Assembly: GCA_028534125.1 (NCBI GenBank)
Contig: CM052816.1
Location: 57,352,001 to 57,416,000 of the forward strand
Direction of reading: 5' to 3'
Length of the DNA stretch: 64,000 nt
DNA from: Lama glama
Lineage: Eukaryota
Part shown: positions 25,600 through 37,515 of the stretch, in pieces
Numbering within the stretch: position 1 is the stretch's first letter
How the letters are laid out: every line of letters starts with the position of its first letter
Position numbers and translations under genes: made by a program
Notes under the pieces: model-generated
What the model saw: only the letters and a program-made list of their open reading frames with translations
Database searches by the model: none
What the model was told of the DNA's origin: nothing

Positions 25600-26330
25600 A
25601 CCTACCTGGAATTATCTTCCAAGTTTCTGAGTTGGAAAAAACATAGTTGAGAATAGTAAAGAGAAGCCCCGATGGATTGTCTGAATGCCAAGATTATTCC
25701 TTCCTACTCTGTTTAGCAGCAGATCTGCCTCCTGATGATTATTAGGGCCAATCACCCCTATCAGTAAGATAAGTCCCTGTTTTACCTGCTGGTCTCCTGG
25801 CATGAAAAGCCTAACGTGACCCAGTAGCAATGATAGCTTTTAAGTTTAGCGAGACTCTTCCTGTAGTCCCTGTGGAAGCATTATCTCCCCTCTGGGAAAC
25901 AAGATCTCTAGATCCACAGAGCCTAAGATTGTGGGAGCAGGAAGCACAGACTCCTGAGAGGGTCACTGGGAGTGATGGTGTGTGGGGCTGCTCCCACGGA
26001 TTCTGCTCCGTTGGGATATATGTCTTAGCAATTGCTGGGTGGGGCAGTGCCCATCAGCCAAAGGCAATGCTCAGGAAAAGAATGCAGCTGAGGGCTGTTC
26101 TCAGCCTACCTTTCATCAGCTGGGGGTTGGCTGATTGGCTTTGTAAAGAGGATCTGTTTGGGCACCAACAGAGTCCGCTATGCTGACCGGCTGTTGAGTA
26201 GAGCTTTAGGAAAGAAGGTCTAGTTCACCTCACCAGCTAAAGTTCTCCAACATGCTGAGGTACCTGCGGCTGAGACTAAGAGAACACAGAATAAGCAGAG
26301 GAGGAAGGATGTCATACATATCAACCAGTG
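25600..26330 (-). mobile_element. ERV-L internal fragment (dUTPase-like region)
   Basis: ORF 25612-25830 GHVRLFMPGDQQVKQGLILLIGVIGPNNHQEADLLL resembles the ERV-L pattern GHFGLLMP.DQQAKKG.T.LAGVIDPD.QEEI.LLL. Confidence 0.7.
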
Positions 26331-26759
26331 CTCTAACTAGTTGTAGGGAAAAGAAAAAAAAAAAAAGGATTACAGCAGCCACCCATAGGCTCTTTCTTGT
26401 CTTGTTATTAATATATTGTCTCTAGTAACCAGTTTTCTTTTCCTCTCCTCCCTTTCTGCTGCTAATCAATACAAGATAAATCAGTGGTAGATAATTTTAT
26501 AATTTAGTTGTTAGGATATAAGGAATTGAGGTACAGTATAGATAGCAGGAATTTTTTTAAAAATCTGTTCGGAAATCCAATTAGATTTTTTTATTCGCTC
26601 TAATTCTTGGAGCCCGTCTCTGAAGCAAGTAAGTGCTTGCTGAGGTTCTGAAGCCTATGGGTCGGGGAGGAGAGGTAGGGAAGAAGGAGGTGGAAGAGAG
26701 GAGAAAAGAAAAACCTAGGGTTCAAATTACCAAATTTTAATCTGACACATATATAAAGA

Positions 26760-28030
26760 CAAAAATGTTTAGAATGCATTAATTCATATTAATATAAAAG
26801 AATAAATAAATAGTAGGAAAGGAAAACTCTTCTCTAGAACGCCAACTAAAAATGTAGAAAAACACATTTTGGCAATCCAGTAATTGACTCAGGCACAAAT
26901 AATCAATAAATGCCAAATGCTAAAACCAGTGGGTGAAAGTTTAATGAGAAACAGAATTTGTATAATTTCAAAATATCCGCCCACAAGATTCTTACTAATC
27001 CCAAAGGGGGAATATAGGAACTATGCATTTGAGAAAAGTGGTAGATGGCACCTTAATTACAAGATCAAAGTTGACATCACTCATAACAGTAGAAACTGGC
27101 ATAATGTGTCTCCTAGTATTACAGGACTTCTGCCAAAAATGCATGTTTCTGAAACCAACAGTAAGAAAACAGATGAACACAAATGGTGGGACATTATATA
27201 AAATAATTGGTTTATCATCTTCAAAAATGTCAGTGTTATGAAAGACAACGACTGGGGAATCTTACCAGATTAAAAAAGAAAAAAAAGGAATACCACCTGA
27301 GTACAATGAGCAATATGGGAATTTTCTTTTGCTATAAGCGACAACTAGTAAAATTTAAACAAGGATGCAAATTAGATCCAAATTTTGATCATTTTTCTGT
27401 AGTCTTGTAACAGAATATTTTAGGACATACATGCTAAAGTATTTATGAGTAATGGGGCATCAGCAACTAACACTTACATGGTTCCAGGGGAAAAAAGTGT
27501 TAGTTATCTTTTTCTCTGTAACAAATTACCCCAAAACTTAGAAATTTAAAACAGCAATATTTATCCCTTAATATTTAAGGAACAGTGCATATCTTATGTT
27601 CACACGAAAACCTGTATATTAAGGTTTACTCACAGCAGCTTTATTCATAATTTCCCCAAATTGGAAACAACCAAGATGTCCTTCAACAAATGAAAGAATA
27701 AATGTGCTGTAGTAATCCCCCACAGTGGAATACCACTTAGCAATGACAATAATAAGCCATTGACTTGTGCAATACGGATCAATCTTAAAAGCATTTTGCT
27801 AAGTGAAAGAAACCAGACTCAAGGCTCTATATTCCATGATCTGCTTATGTGATAACTGAAAAGACAAAACTCTAGGGATGGAAAACAGATCAGTGGTTGT
27901 CAAAGCTTGGAGGAAGGGAGAGCAGTAGACTACAAAGCGCTGCACAGGGGAATTTTGGAGGGTGGTGGAACTGCTCTGCACAGTTTTGGGGCGGTGGTGA
28001 AATGATCTGTCACATTTGCAAAAATTCAAA
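26760..28030 (+). mobile_element. Old L1 (L1MC/MB/ME-like) 3' fragments
   Basis: GCTAAAACCAGTGGGTGAAAGTTTAATGAG, GGAAACAACCAAGATGTCCTTCAAC and GCTAAGTGAAAGAAACCAGACTC phrases. Confidence 0.75.
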
Positions 28031-29429
28031 GAACTAGCTTCAGATACTTTCAAATCTTTATCACCCTCTGGAATGTCTTCACAGTGTTCTCTGCACCATC
28101 ATGCTCTTTCGTTCCTGAGCCCCACATACGGAACCAGGAACACACCTTCTCAGATGCCGAGTATCCCTTCCTCTATTCCCGACAACTTCAAGAATGTTTT
28201 TGATCAGAAGACCTGTGACCTTCCCAGAAAGCCAAAGCTCATGGTGGGAGGAAAAAATGTTTGCCACGATGCACAGCCATGTCACTGTCTTCTTTTCAAA
28301 GATATTTTCACTCTGATCTCTGTGTTGAAATGCTGTCTACTTATGGAGTTTGAGGAGGGTTTACCTAAGGGATCTTGATAACGTTGCATTCCCCCAAAAT
28401 TAAAGAATATATCCACATTGTTGAATCAAATTAGAATCCCTGTTCTAGCCCAGCTTTAACTGGGAAACCCATTTTGGGTGTTGCTTGTTTTATTTTTAAT
28501 AACCACCATTTTTGGTTCAAATGATACAGATTTTTAGAAACCTTTTTATCCAGGAGTCTGAAGCAGAAAGTCTGGCTTTTAAGTTGGACGCAGCCTCTTA
28601 CTGGACTGCATGTATGAGGAATGAGCAAGTGCATTATTGCTGGGTCTGTGTCCAAGTTCCTTCCCCGTCCCATGGGCTCTGCTCAGCCACTCCGTACTGC
28701 TGAGGTTGTCCCCAGGACTGTAAGGGTGAAGTATTACTGATTCCCATGGGAGAGAGATGCAGAACAGTTGGCGAGGCAGATGGGGGTTTTATGAGACATT
28801 TTGCTTTGCCTTGAAACCCTCTGTTAAAGTAATTTTGGGGGCCATTAATTGTGCAGTTTTTAGAAGGAGAGTGATTTATGGGATGATATTGGCACCCAAT
28901 TCTGATAGCCTGGATTTGGGGATCTGCTTTTTAAGTAGTTAATCTCAAGACTGAAAAACAATAAGCCTTACCTGAGGAAATACAGCATTTTGCACAGAAG
29001 TTTCTTTGAAAGAGAGTCCTGGTTTAATCACCAAAATGACACGCCGAGGGTCAGCGCCTGGACCCCGCTGGCGTTTGATTTGTTTGTTGTGGTTTTTGAA
29101 ATCCTGAGCTGTAGGGACCATAATGGGAGGGAAAAAAATATGCAGGCCTTTAGAACTAAATAGCAATGAAAATAAAGCTCATTTCCAAAAAGGCAAAGCA
29201 ACAAAAATCTACAGAACTTACACTGTTTTGCACATTTAAAAAATGCACCAGGCATTGGGGGAGGTGGGAATCCTATGAAATGGAGGCTGAGACAACTGAC
29301 TAACTGTATTACAAATGTAAGACATCACCTCGCTGATGGGGCTGGAGAAAAAGGAGCTGAATTAAGTGACTTGGGAAAATGGTTTTCTGACTGCATACTG
29401 TGATGTAGACCCTGTAGTCTAGTGCTTTG

Positions 29430-30590
29430 TTTCTCACTGTGGTACAGGTTAGTCATTCTGAAACCACTGTCCATATTTATGAGGGTTGAACCAATGCATA
29501 AGTACACTGAAGATAAATGGAGCCAGCTTTATAACTCTTGGAGGAAGAGGTTATGAAGAGCAAGGCAGGAGCAGGAGGGAGGACTAGAATGGATTAGAAT
29601 TGGAGATAGCATCGTGATAGTACTTTGGTGTTAACTTGATATCAGATTATCACGGTGCTATCTCCAACTCCACTGTTTTTATAGACTGATGTAGAAGTAA
29701 ATATAGGTATGTGGTCATTCATGGGTTAGTATATCTACATCAGTTTCCTTGCTCTGTCTACTGAGAGGATGTAGGAACTGTGACATGCCAGCAGCAGTTA
29801 GCATACCTAGCCCCCAGATCTTAGTTTTTAAGTGCCATTCTCTAGGAAAAGGAACTAGGGCTCCTGGGAGAAATAACTAGTTCTAGGGCCGGGGCAGGAA
29901 ATATACAAGATGAGCCTGGAGCCTCACTGACTGCCGGAGTAAGTCAGTGCTAAAAATAAAAATAAAAAAGGATGGGGGCATGGAAGAAGTACACAGAAAC
30001 CAACCTGAAAGTGTTCCAAATGGTCAAAGCTGAAAGAATTTGAGCGAAAAAAGAGTGATACTATTAGACTACAACCCAAAGAATAAAACGAATATCCATA
30101 TAAATGATTAAATACATGCATATATACATACATGCATATGGGAGAAGGGACACATCTTCTTTAGAGAGGAACTCCAAGTAATATACATATAGAAATTTCC
30201 CCTTCCCAGAGGTGAGGTTTAATTCCTTTCCTCTTGAGTGTGGTTTGGACTTAATGACTCGCTTCCAAAGAATGGAGCATGGAAAGGGAACAGTAACTTT
30301 ACGACAGAGAAACCTGGCTGATACTACATTAACAAAGTGATCAAAGTTAACATCACTAGTGATAAATCATATTGATATCATGTTATCCTCTGATATGATG
30401 CAGTGAGAAGGATGCTTCACCTCTGTAGAAGTCTTCAAAAAAAAAAAATCCACAACCCCAGCTTAATCATGAGCCAATGTCGGCCAATTTGAAATTGAGA
30501 AGTATTCTACAAAGTGCCTGACCACTCCTCTTTAAAATTGTCAAGATGGAGACAAACAAGGAAAGACTGAGAAACTGTCAAAGACTAGAG
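29430..30590 (+). mobile_element. L1MC-like 3'UTR fragment
   Basis: GGGGCAGGAAATATACAAGATGAGCCTGGAGC, AAATGGTCAAAGCTG, AAGTGATCAAAGTTAACATCAC. Confidence 0.8.
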
Positions 30591-31621
30591 GAGACTCGGG
30601 AGACATGATGACTGAACAAGGGCGATATGAAAAAAGTGGAGACAGGACAGGAAAACGACTTGTAGGTTAGACTGGGTGGTGAGGAGAGACTCAGTGCGGA
30701 GGTGATACCCATACTGAAATATGAATGACTGGTGGAGACAGCCATGAGAATAAAAAGGGAAGAGCGGTGAAGATGTAGGGAACAGAGGGTGCAAAGACCT
30801 TAAGGCTCTCCTCACTTCCTGTGTTTGGCAACAAAGGTCAGTGCCGCAGGAGCTACAAGAGAAAGCTGAAGGTGAGCTGGGAGGTGCAGGAAGGGGCAAA
30901 CGACACGGAAACCTGTGAAAATTTGATTTGGCTCAGAAGAATTATAGGAAGGAAACATTTTTTAGTATGGCAAGTACTTCTTCAAAGTAGTGGGCTAAGC
31001 TAGTTATTCAGAATGGGAGAGGAGGTTGGAGGGACTTTGGGGTCACAGGGAACAAAAACATCTAAAAGGTAGGGAAGGCCGTACGTACAGTTGATTTTAT
31101 GCTGGCTCTATGGTGTATGTTTCCTAAGAAGGTAATTGCTTTCCGAAATAACCATGGGTCTTCCTAAACTATTTAATAGAAATATTTTTGTCAGCATACT
31201 AGTTCAATGTTAAATACAAAGCTACAGGTATTTAAGTTTCAGCCAGACAGCATAAAAAATAGAATTTATTGTAGGAAGTTTGTTCAAATAATAGTATCTG
31301 AACTTTATTAATACAACCTACCAGCCACTATTTAAGTTATGAGCAACTTCTGGTGGATAGAAAACTTTGAATTATCCATCTCCTTTTTTTTTTTAACCAG
31401 ATTTGCAAATGAGATCAAACAGTAACTATAGAAGATCAGAAAAAATTAACAATGTAAAGTAACAGTTTCTTCTGACAATGTGATGATAGAAGTGAAATAG
31501 CAATTCCCATGAAGAAGCCAGAGATGTCCCAGCACAGAACTCTGGCCCCGCCAAAAGACCTGCAAGGCAGGAGATGTTAAATAGTCCTGGCTGGATGTCT
31601 AGCGACACTTAAGGAGCTCCT

Positions 31622-31790
31622 TCTTTTTTTTTTTTTTTTAATTTTTTGTTGTTGTTGCTGTTTTTAGGTTAATTAATTTATTTTTTTAGGTGTATTTATT
31701 TATTTACTTACTTAATGGAGGCACTCAGGATTGAACCCAGGACCTTGCGCATGCTAAGCACACACTCTACCACTGAGCTAGACCCTTCCC
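31622..31790 (-). mobile_element. tRNA-Ala-derived SINE (Vic-1-like)
   Basis: Antisense body and T-rich tail; TSD AAGGAGCTCCT at 31611-31621 and 31793-31803. Confidence 0.9.
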
Positions 31791-32189
31791 ACAAGGAGCT
31801 CCTGTCTTTGTTGTTCGTCCGTAATTTCGGATCATGACTATCATTCCTTTGGTCGAGGAAACTACAAGACTCAGCCGAATTAGATGATGGGGTAAGGACT
31901 GATGGCACGTTGTTCCTTCAAGAATCCTGAGTGTTGGGCTGAATGCCTCTCATTTCTTTCCCACCCCGGCTCTATAGGCCAACTCAAGAAGTGGGAAAAC
32001 GTTCCGCACACCGAGTGGGCAGCCTTGACCCCTATCGTTGGGACTCTGTCGTGCCACAGCAAATCCTGCAATATATTAGGGACAAGTGACCATAAACAGA
32101 GGTATTACAACAGGCCTCTGGACAATAAGTGCCTGGGTCAGCCTGAGACGTTACCTCTTTGTTAGTGATAGGTTACCTGGAAACGAGTG

Positions 32190-32730
32190 GCAGTGTAGTA
32201 TGTTAATTAAAGGCACAGGCTCTAGGGCTGGAGTGACAAATACAGCTTGAGTTCAAACCCCAGTTCCACCGCTTATAACTTGAGCTTCTTCCTCCATGAA
32301 CAGGAATAGTAACACAGCTGATTTCACAGACTGTCAAGAAAATGGAATCGGTTAGTGTACATAAAGCACTTCGAAACTGTCCTCATTCATTCATTCATTC
32401 ATTCATTCAACAAATATTTAGTGAGCATCCACTTTTGTTTCAGGAAATGCTCAGAGCATTGAAGACACTCGAGCAAACAAAATACACGGAAATCTCTGCC
32501 CTCTTGTGAAGCTTACATGGTAACCAGTTAGTCTTTGATGTCATAATGGAACTTCAGGTTCCCAAGAGCCCTCTAGGTCCTGGCTAACTTGAATTAAGGC
32601 CCATAAACAAGTTGCAAGGCATCACCTGGAACCTGTTAGAAATGCACACAACCTTAGACTCCACCTAGACTTACTGAATCAGGATATTCATTTTAACAAG
32701 ATGCACGTTAAAGTTTGAGATGTCCTGCCT
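32190..32730. mobile_element. Cluster of MIR, L2 3' end with (TTCA)n, and MER5-like fragments
   Basis: MIR-like GAGTTCAAACCCCAGTTCCACCGCTTA; (ATTC)n CAACAAATATTTAGTGAGC; GGCATCACCTGGAACCTGTTAGAAATGCA..CATTTTAACAAGAT. Confidence 0.65.
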
Positions 32731-33599
32731 TGATCACAATCCCTGTACTTGGACTTAAAGAAACATATTGAAGATTTCTTATGTTCTGAGGGAGAATGGC
32801 ATTGAAATTTAAAAACTTCTCTAAAGAAAACAATTTTCAAGTAAAAATGTCATGTTAATTGAGGTGAGCTTAAGGGTTGGAAATCTTATATGTGTTTTAT
32901 GTTCCTTCAGAATATTGTACTAGCATTCCAGGATTAATATATGTCAATGGCTCCACCTAGTGGAAGCACTTTGAATTTATACATTGTTGGGTATTATTTA
33001 AGCTAGTCCTAAAAGGATTTCAAGAAAATTAAAATTAGTTTTAAGAAACTCAAAGAAAATGTGCATGCTTACAACTTACCAAAAAAATTAGGCATAACAA
33101 AAACCATTAATTCTTGTAAAATCCTACTGGACATGGAAGAAAGGCTTATTAACTATCAATTCTTTCTGTTTCACATATACTTAAAGGGATCTTTGAACAC
33201 AAGTTCAATTTTTGAAAGTCTAATTTGTGATAAGGAAATGTGTTAAGAAGACAACATCTTAAATATGCTTTTCTATTTGGGAAAAGATGCCTTCAAAGTG
33301 AAAATGTAAAAGCAAAGTGCCTAGAGAAGTTTATCAATAAATGTGCCAGAAATGTGAATATAGATTTATATTACCTGGCCTTGTAGGAGGTTATTTGGAT
33401 ACCTCAGAAGTTTAACCACAAAAGCTTGCATGAATCTTTAGTCCCTAAGTATGTCAGATTGAAATGACTTGAGCTAACACATCTGTAGTCTTACCATAAA
33501 TAAATCGCTTGCTTTTTTATTTAATAGGGCTGATTTATTACAAAAGATGAACTTGCTGAAAAAAAAATTAAAGGAAATCAGTACCAGTTAAGTCTTATC

Positions 33600-35650
33600 T
33601 GATGCTATGAAGTTATGCGTGAAATGCACATGAATATATATTTATGTGCCATTTAAATAACAGTGTACCCACCACTCAAACTCTTCATGATTGCACCCTC
33701 AGCTCTCTTTCCAAGTTATAACCATCTTAATTCTGTATTACAATGTATGCATTTCTTTTTATGTATTTTGTTGTTGGTTTTTGAATTTTATATGAATGTT
33801 TTCTCTGTATTTTACTGAAACTGGCTTCTTTTGGTCAGAACTATTTTTGAAATTCATCCTTCTTGTGGGACATTTGGGCTGTTCCTTCTTATTCATATCT
33901 GTGCTGATATGAAGAATCTTGTACATATATGAAGTTGTTCCCAGTTCTATACTAGGAGAAGAATCTCCGAGTCAGCATATACAGGTGTTCAGCTTCACTA
34001 GGTAATGGCAAGCCGGTTTCCACAGATCAGCATTGTCAGAGTTCCTGTTCCTCTAACGTGCATCTTGTTTGAAAATTGGTATTTTTGGTTTTGGGGAGTT
34101 TAGTGAATGTGAAAAGATGTAACATCTTTTCATTTGTTTATGGGCCATCTATCATATAGGTTGAGTACTTAAGGGATGATTTATAGGTCAAAATATCTAT
34201 TTGTAATTTTTATGTTTCTAAATTGCTCTTCATAGTGTACTAATTTATACACCTGCTGCCAATGTATGAATTCGTGTTTCCATGTTCCCTAGGTTAGAGG
34301 GTTAAAAAATCTTTCTGATCTTTGTCAATGTGAAAGCGATCTACGTATAAATTTCAGTCGACTGAGTTGAGTAACTTTAACGCATATTCAGTCTTCTGTA
34401 AACTCTTAATATTCTTTGCCTGTTTTTCTATTATGTTGTCTTACTGACTTCTAGGAGCTCTTTATAATTTAAGGAAATTTAATCATTTTCTGTGAAAGGA
34501 GCTGCTAAATTTCCCCCAAGTTTTTACTTTCTCATGCAGAATTTGTAGGCTGTTTAAATCAATCTTTTCTTTCATGACTTTTGGGGTTTGTGTCAGACCT
34601 AGAAATGTTTCCCCACACTAAAATTATACATAAAAATAAAGAAATTTAAATGTTAAATTTAGACACTACAAACTGGTACTCGTTTTGGAAAGTAATCTAT
34701 CTCAGGCTACTTGGGCCAACTCAATCTTCACAAGCTTCCACATTTCTTGAACAATCTGGTTTTTAGAAAACAAAGCTACTTAACTTGGCCTTGAGGAAGA
34801 GTCCCTCAACCCTTGGAGGAAGGGAGAAGATAACTCTCATTTTTCATTCTTCTATAGCCATTTAAAAAAAAGGCTGCCAAAACAAATGACCTCCATATTG
34901 CTAAATATAAAGTCAAGTTTGTCTTACTTGTTTGATACATCAGAACACCATGCTCCTCTAGTTTTCCTTATTCAAGCCCCAAGACTTCATTGTTGGAGAG
35001 TTTCATGTTTAGTCCTGGTGTCTTTCATTTTTCCTGTTCAGTTATTCAGTTTCATGGAGTAAAGCGTACTTACACACTTTCAGTTTCCCGTCTTCAGCCA
35101 GGTCATCTCCCCTGAACTGCCTACTGTATCTCTTTATGGATGTCGCAAACCAAAATCCAGATTTTTCATATTCCAGTTCATACTTCCATCCTTCCAGCTG
35201 CTCAGGTCAGACCCCAAACCTTAAGAGCCATACTTGATTTATTCCCTCAAATCCATTCCTAGTATGTTTGCAAACCTTGATTTCTGCTTTAAAACATATC
35301 CAGATAACCCTACAATGGTCCTTTATTCAAGAACAAAACTGACAAATACCAAACATTTTATTATCTCAGAGCATTTGTCCTTACAGCTCCTTTTACCTGA
35401 TTACTTGTCCCCAGATATCCATAGATTCACTCCAAGTCTTTGCTCAAATCACACCCTTAGAGCTTCCTCTATTTCCCTCACCCTATTTAAAGCAGCAAGC
35501 CCTGCTCTCCATCAGCACCTTTCATCTCACGGGCACTTGCCATGTTCCATATCTGCCTTCCTAAATTGAACATAAGCTTCCAAGGACTAAGGAATTGTGC
35601 CCATAGACTGAGATATTTGTTAAGTATGTGATATGAAAATATGACTCTGT
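33600..35650. mobile_element. Ancient L1 (antisense, ~33600-34640) and L2 (~34870-35650) fragments
   Basis: Degenerate GGACATTTGGGCTGTT and GACTTCTAGGAGCTCTTTATA (L1); AATGACCTCCATATTGCTAAAT and CAGCTGCTCAGGTCAG (L2). Confidence 0.6.
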
Positions 35651-37509
35651 ATGTAAAATTTCCTAAATATAGCTAGAAAACATGTTATTTAAATCATAAT
35701 TTACAGCATAGGTGGTAACACAGTGAAGTTGCTGCTGGGTATGAAAATTAGTGTAACTTTCTATGGAAGGAATTTGGACGTTCTAACCATCTCCTTTTGA
35801 CATGGCAATTCCAGAGAAAATGGAGATGTAGGCATTTAGGCATAGGGTCAATCACTACAACTTTATTTCTAAGAGTGAAAAGAGAAATCACTTCCGAATG
35901 CCCAACAACAGTAGGATGGCTGTATAAATTGTTCAGAGTACAGCACAGCTCTCATGTATACTTATTAACAGGCAAATTTAGATACCAAAAACTGCACAAA
36001 TTCATTATTCATATATGCACGGAAATATCAGGTTATTGTATCACTGGGTAGTTCTATTAAAACTCATTTAAAATTGTTCACTTGTCTTTCCTAAACTGTT
36101 TAGTGAAGTTCTTCAAAAGGTAACGTAAAGCTGGAGAAGGAATACTTAGTATGAAATTTAAATTGTCAGAGTAGGATGGCTAAAATTTATGACTTACATT
36201 GATGACTGGCACAAAAACCTGAAGGCTTTTAGTGTAACAATTTTTTCCCTATCACTTTTGCCAGCGATTTCAGAAATTGCACTTAATTCCTAAATTTTAA
36301 TTTGCAGATTGTGTTGAACAAAACATTGGAAATCTGCGTGGGTATTTCAGGAGGCTTTTACATCAAGTTAATACAAGACTCATACAGATTAAGGACTGTG
36401 AGATGAGAGTCACAGCTTCAGCAGCTTGTCTCTATTAAACACGGTATAACGAGGAAGTCCAAGCTCAGAGCTGTGTAGTTCAACTGCTACTTGTCCAGTC
36501 ACTCCTAAAAAACACGCAATGGAAATGGAGTCAGGTTATGAACTATTTACAAAAGTAAAATATTTGTCAGTTCAAAAATAGGTATAAAGTGAAAACTCCT
36601 TATCTTAATAGTTTGTACTTTGACTAAAATGTTAGACTTAAGAGTTTTAGCTGCAGGCACGCTTTAAGGTTGCAACAGCAAATCAGAATCTTGAGTAACT
36701 AATTAGGCTGGTTTTGATTACCTTCTCCCACAACTTAAGTCCTAAATTCTAGAATCGTAAATTCCTTCTTGAAGATGTGTTTTAGAACATGATACCGGTT
36801 TCAACTTTTCTTCTCCCTCTCCGACATAAGTGAAATATTCAAATATTTTCATGTACACATAACAAAAGGGGAAAAAAACCTGAGTCTCATTTTCCTTGAA
36901 GTTTTTTGGGTTGCATTGATTTAATTTCAGGCACTTCCTTGTTCCAATATGTTCTAAATCTCAAAGAGCACTTGACAGTTATGCACGCATTTCCTCTAAA
37001 ATATATTAATAAGTTTTAATTAGTAAGGTGCAACTATAATAATGGATTACAACCTGAAGAGGAAACTTCTATATTAACTTTCAAAATTTCAAGTCTTGCC
37101 ACACATTCACACACATTTGTACAGTCTATCCTTTCAATGTTTTATTCACAAAAACGTCACTTAGTTTTAATTCCTTTTTTTGCAGAACACTATCTTTCCT
37201 TCCTCTCTCACCAAGAGCTGAATCTAGGACCAAATGTTTAGAAATACACCAATAGGAGTTAAAATGTGGGGAAAACACTTTTTTTTTTTTACTACACTAT
37301 ACAACTAAGTAATCAATTTTACAAATAGATGTCAAACAAGAGTGCCCCCTCAAGTGTAAGCTAACAAAATCCCTCCAAACAAAACAAAACAAAACCCAAA
37401 CAGCAAAAAACAACACAACAAGACCTATCTGGACCCAAAACAGAGGGAGGGAAGGAAAGCTCATTTCCTTTCTTTAAAAATCAGAGTGAAACATCTATAG
37501 TTAAACAAC

Positions 37510-37515
37510 TTTATT
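37510..37515 (-). terminator. Probable distal polyadenylation signal of TNPO1
   Basis: AATAAA on the minus strand, UGUA elements upstream, GT/T-rich tract downstream (~37375-37440). Confidence 0.7.
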
